A stretch of 64,000 nucleotides of DNA from Chloroflexota bacterium. Its GTDB lineage: Bacteria > Chloroflexota > Dehalococcoidia > E44-bin15. This document shows, in pieces, positions 63,954 through 64,000 of the stretch (position 1 is the stretch's first letter; each line of letters opens with the position of its first letter). Location of the stretch: the NCBI GenBank assembly GCA_030604825.1, contig JAUVVB010000003.1:4224-68223 (forward strand). Direction: 5' to 3'. A program made the position numbers and the translations under genes. The notes beneath the pieces are model-generated. The model was not told the origin of the DNA. It saw only the letters and a list, made by a program, of their open reading frames with translations, and did not search any database.

Positions 63954-64000
63954 ATGTTTGAGGAAAGGCTGCCACCCCATGATATAGAGGCTGAGGAAAA
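63954..64000 (+). CDS. dnaB: Replicative DNA helicase, 3'-partial
   Basis: MFEERLPPHDIEAEE matches the DnaB N-terminal PPH..EAE motif; rplI-dnaB synteny. Confidence 0.8.
   Translation, partial: MFEERLPPHDIEAEE

Overview
A GC-rich, gene-dense bacterial chromosomal segment, most consistent with an anaerobic Dehalococcoidia (Chloroflexota). That assignment is inferred from the gene families, a Gram-positive-type GAAC-N4-GTTC LexA-like box, PAC2/DUF35/DUF1015 genes and the rpsU-yqeY-rplI-dnaB order; it was not database-checked. The window encodes: a NuoE/NuoF/FdhF-like trimeric oxidoreductase whose beta subunit has bifurcation-type motifs but whose molybdopterin subunit has both formate-specific residues replaced; a large CoA-dependent catabolic repertoire (2 acyl-CoA dehydrogenases, 2 thiolases, DUF35, enoyl-CoA hydratase, 2 FabK/NMO-like flavoproteins, OYE reductase, a Bcr/Hgd-type pair, acyl-CoA ligase); a type II TA pair; an ECF sigma operon; the dcd-rib operon with an inserted proteasome-fold protein; dinB; a divergent B12 mutase/MeaB/PrpD/2x CoA-transferase cluster; and a TsrM-like B12 radical-SAM enzyme. 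The strongest candidate for a new system is a ~2.5 kb integrase-less island in tRNA-Lys(UUU) (36920-39471), bounded by att sites and a 19-bp arm-type repeat. It carries a coupled three-gene operon: a helical protein with a ChAD-like tail, a SecB-like chaperone and a PD-(D/E)xK-type nuclease. This looks like a toxin-antitoxin-chaperone (TAC)-like, possibly anti-phage, module with an atypical effector and gene order. All family calls come from motif recognition by eye.
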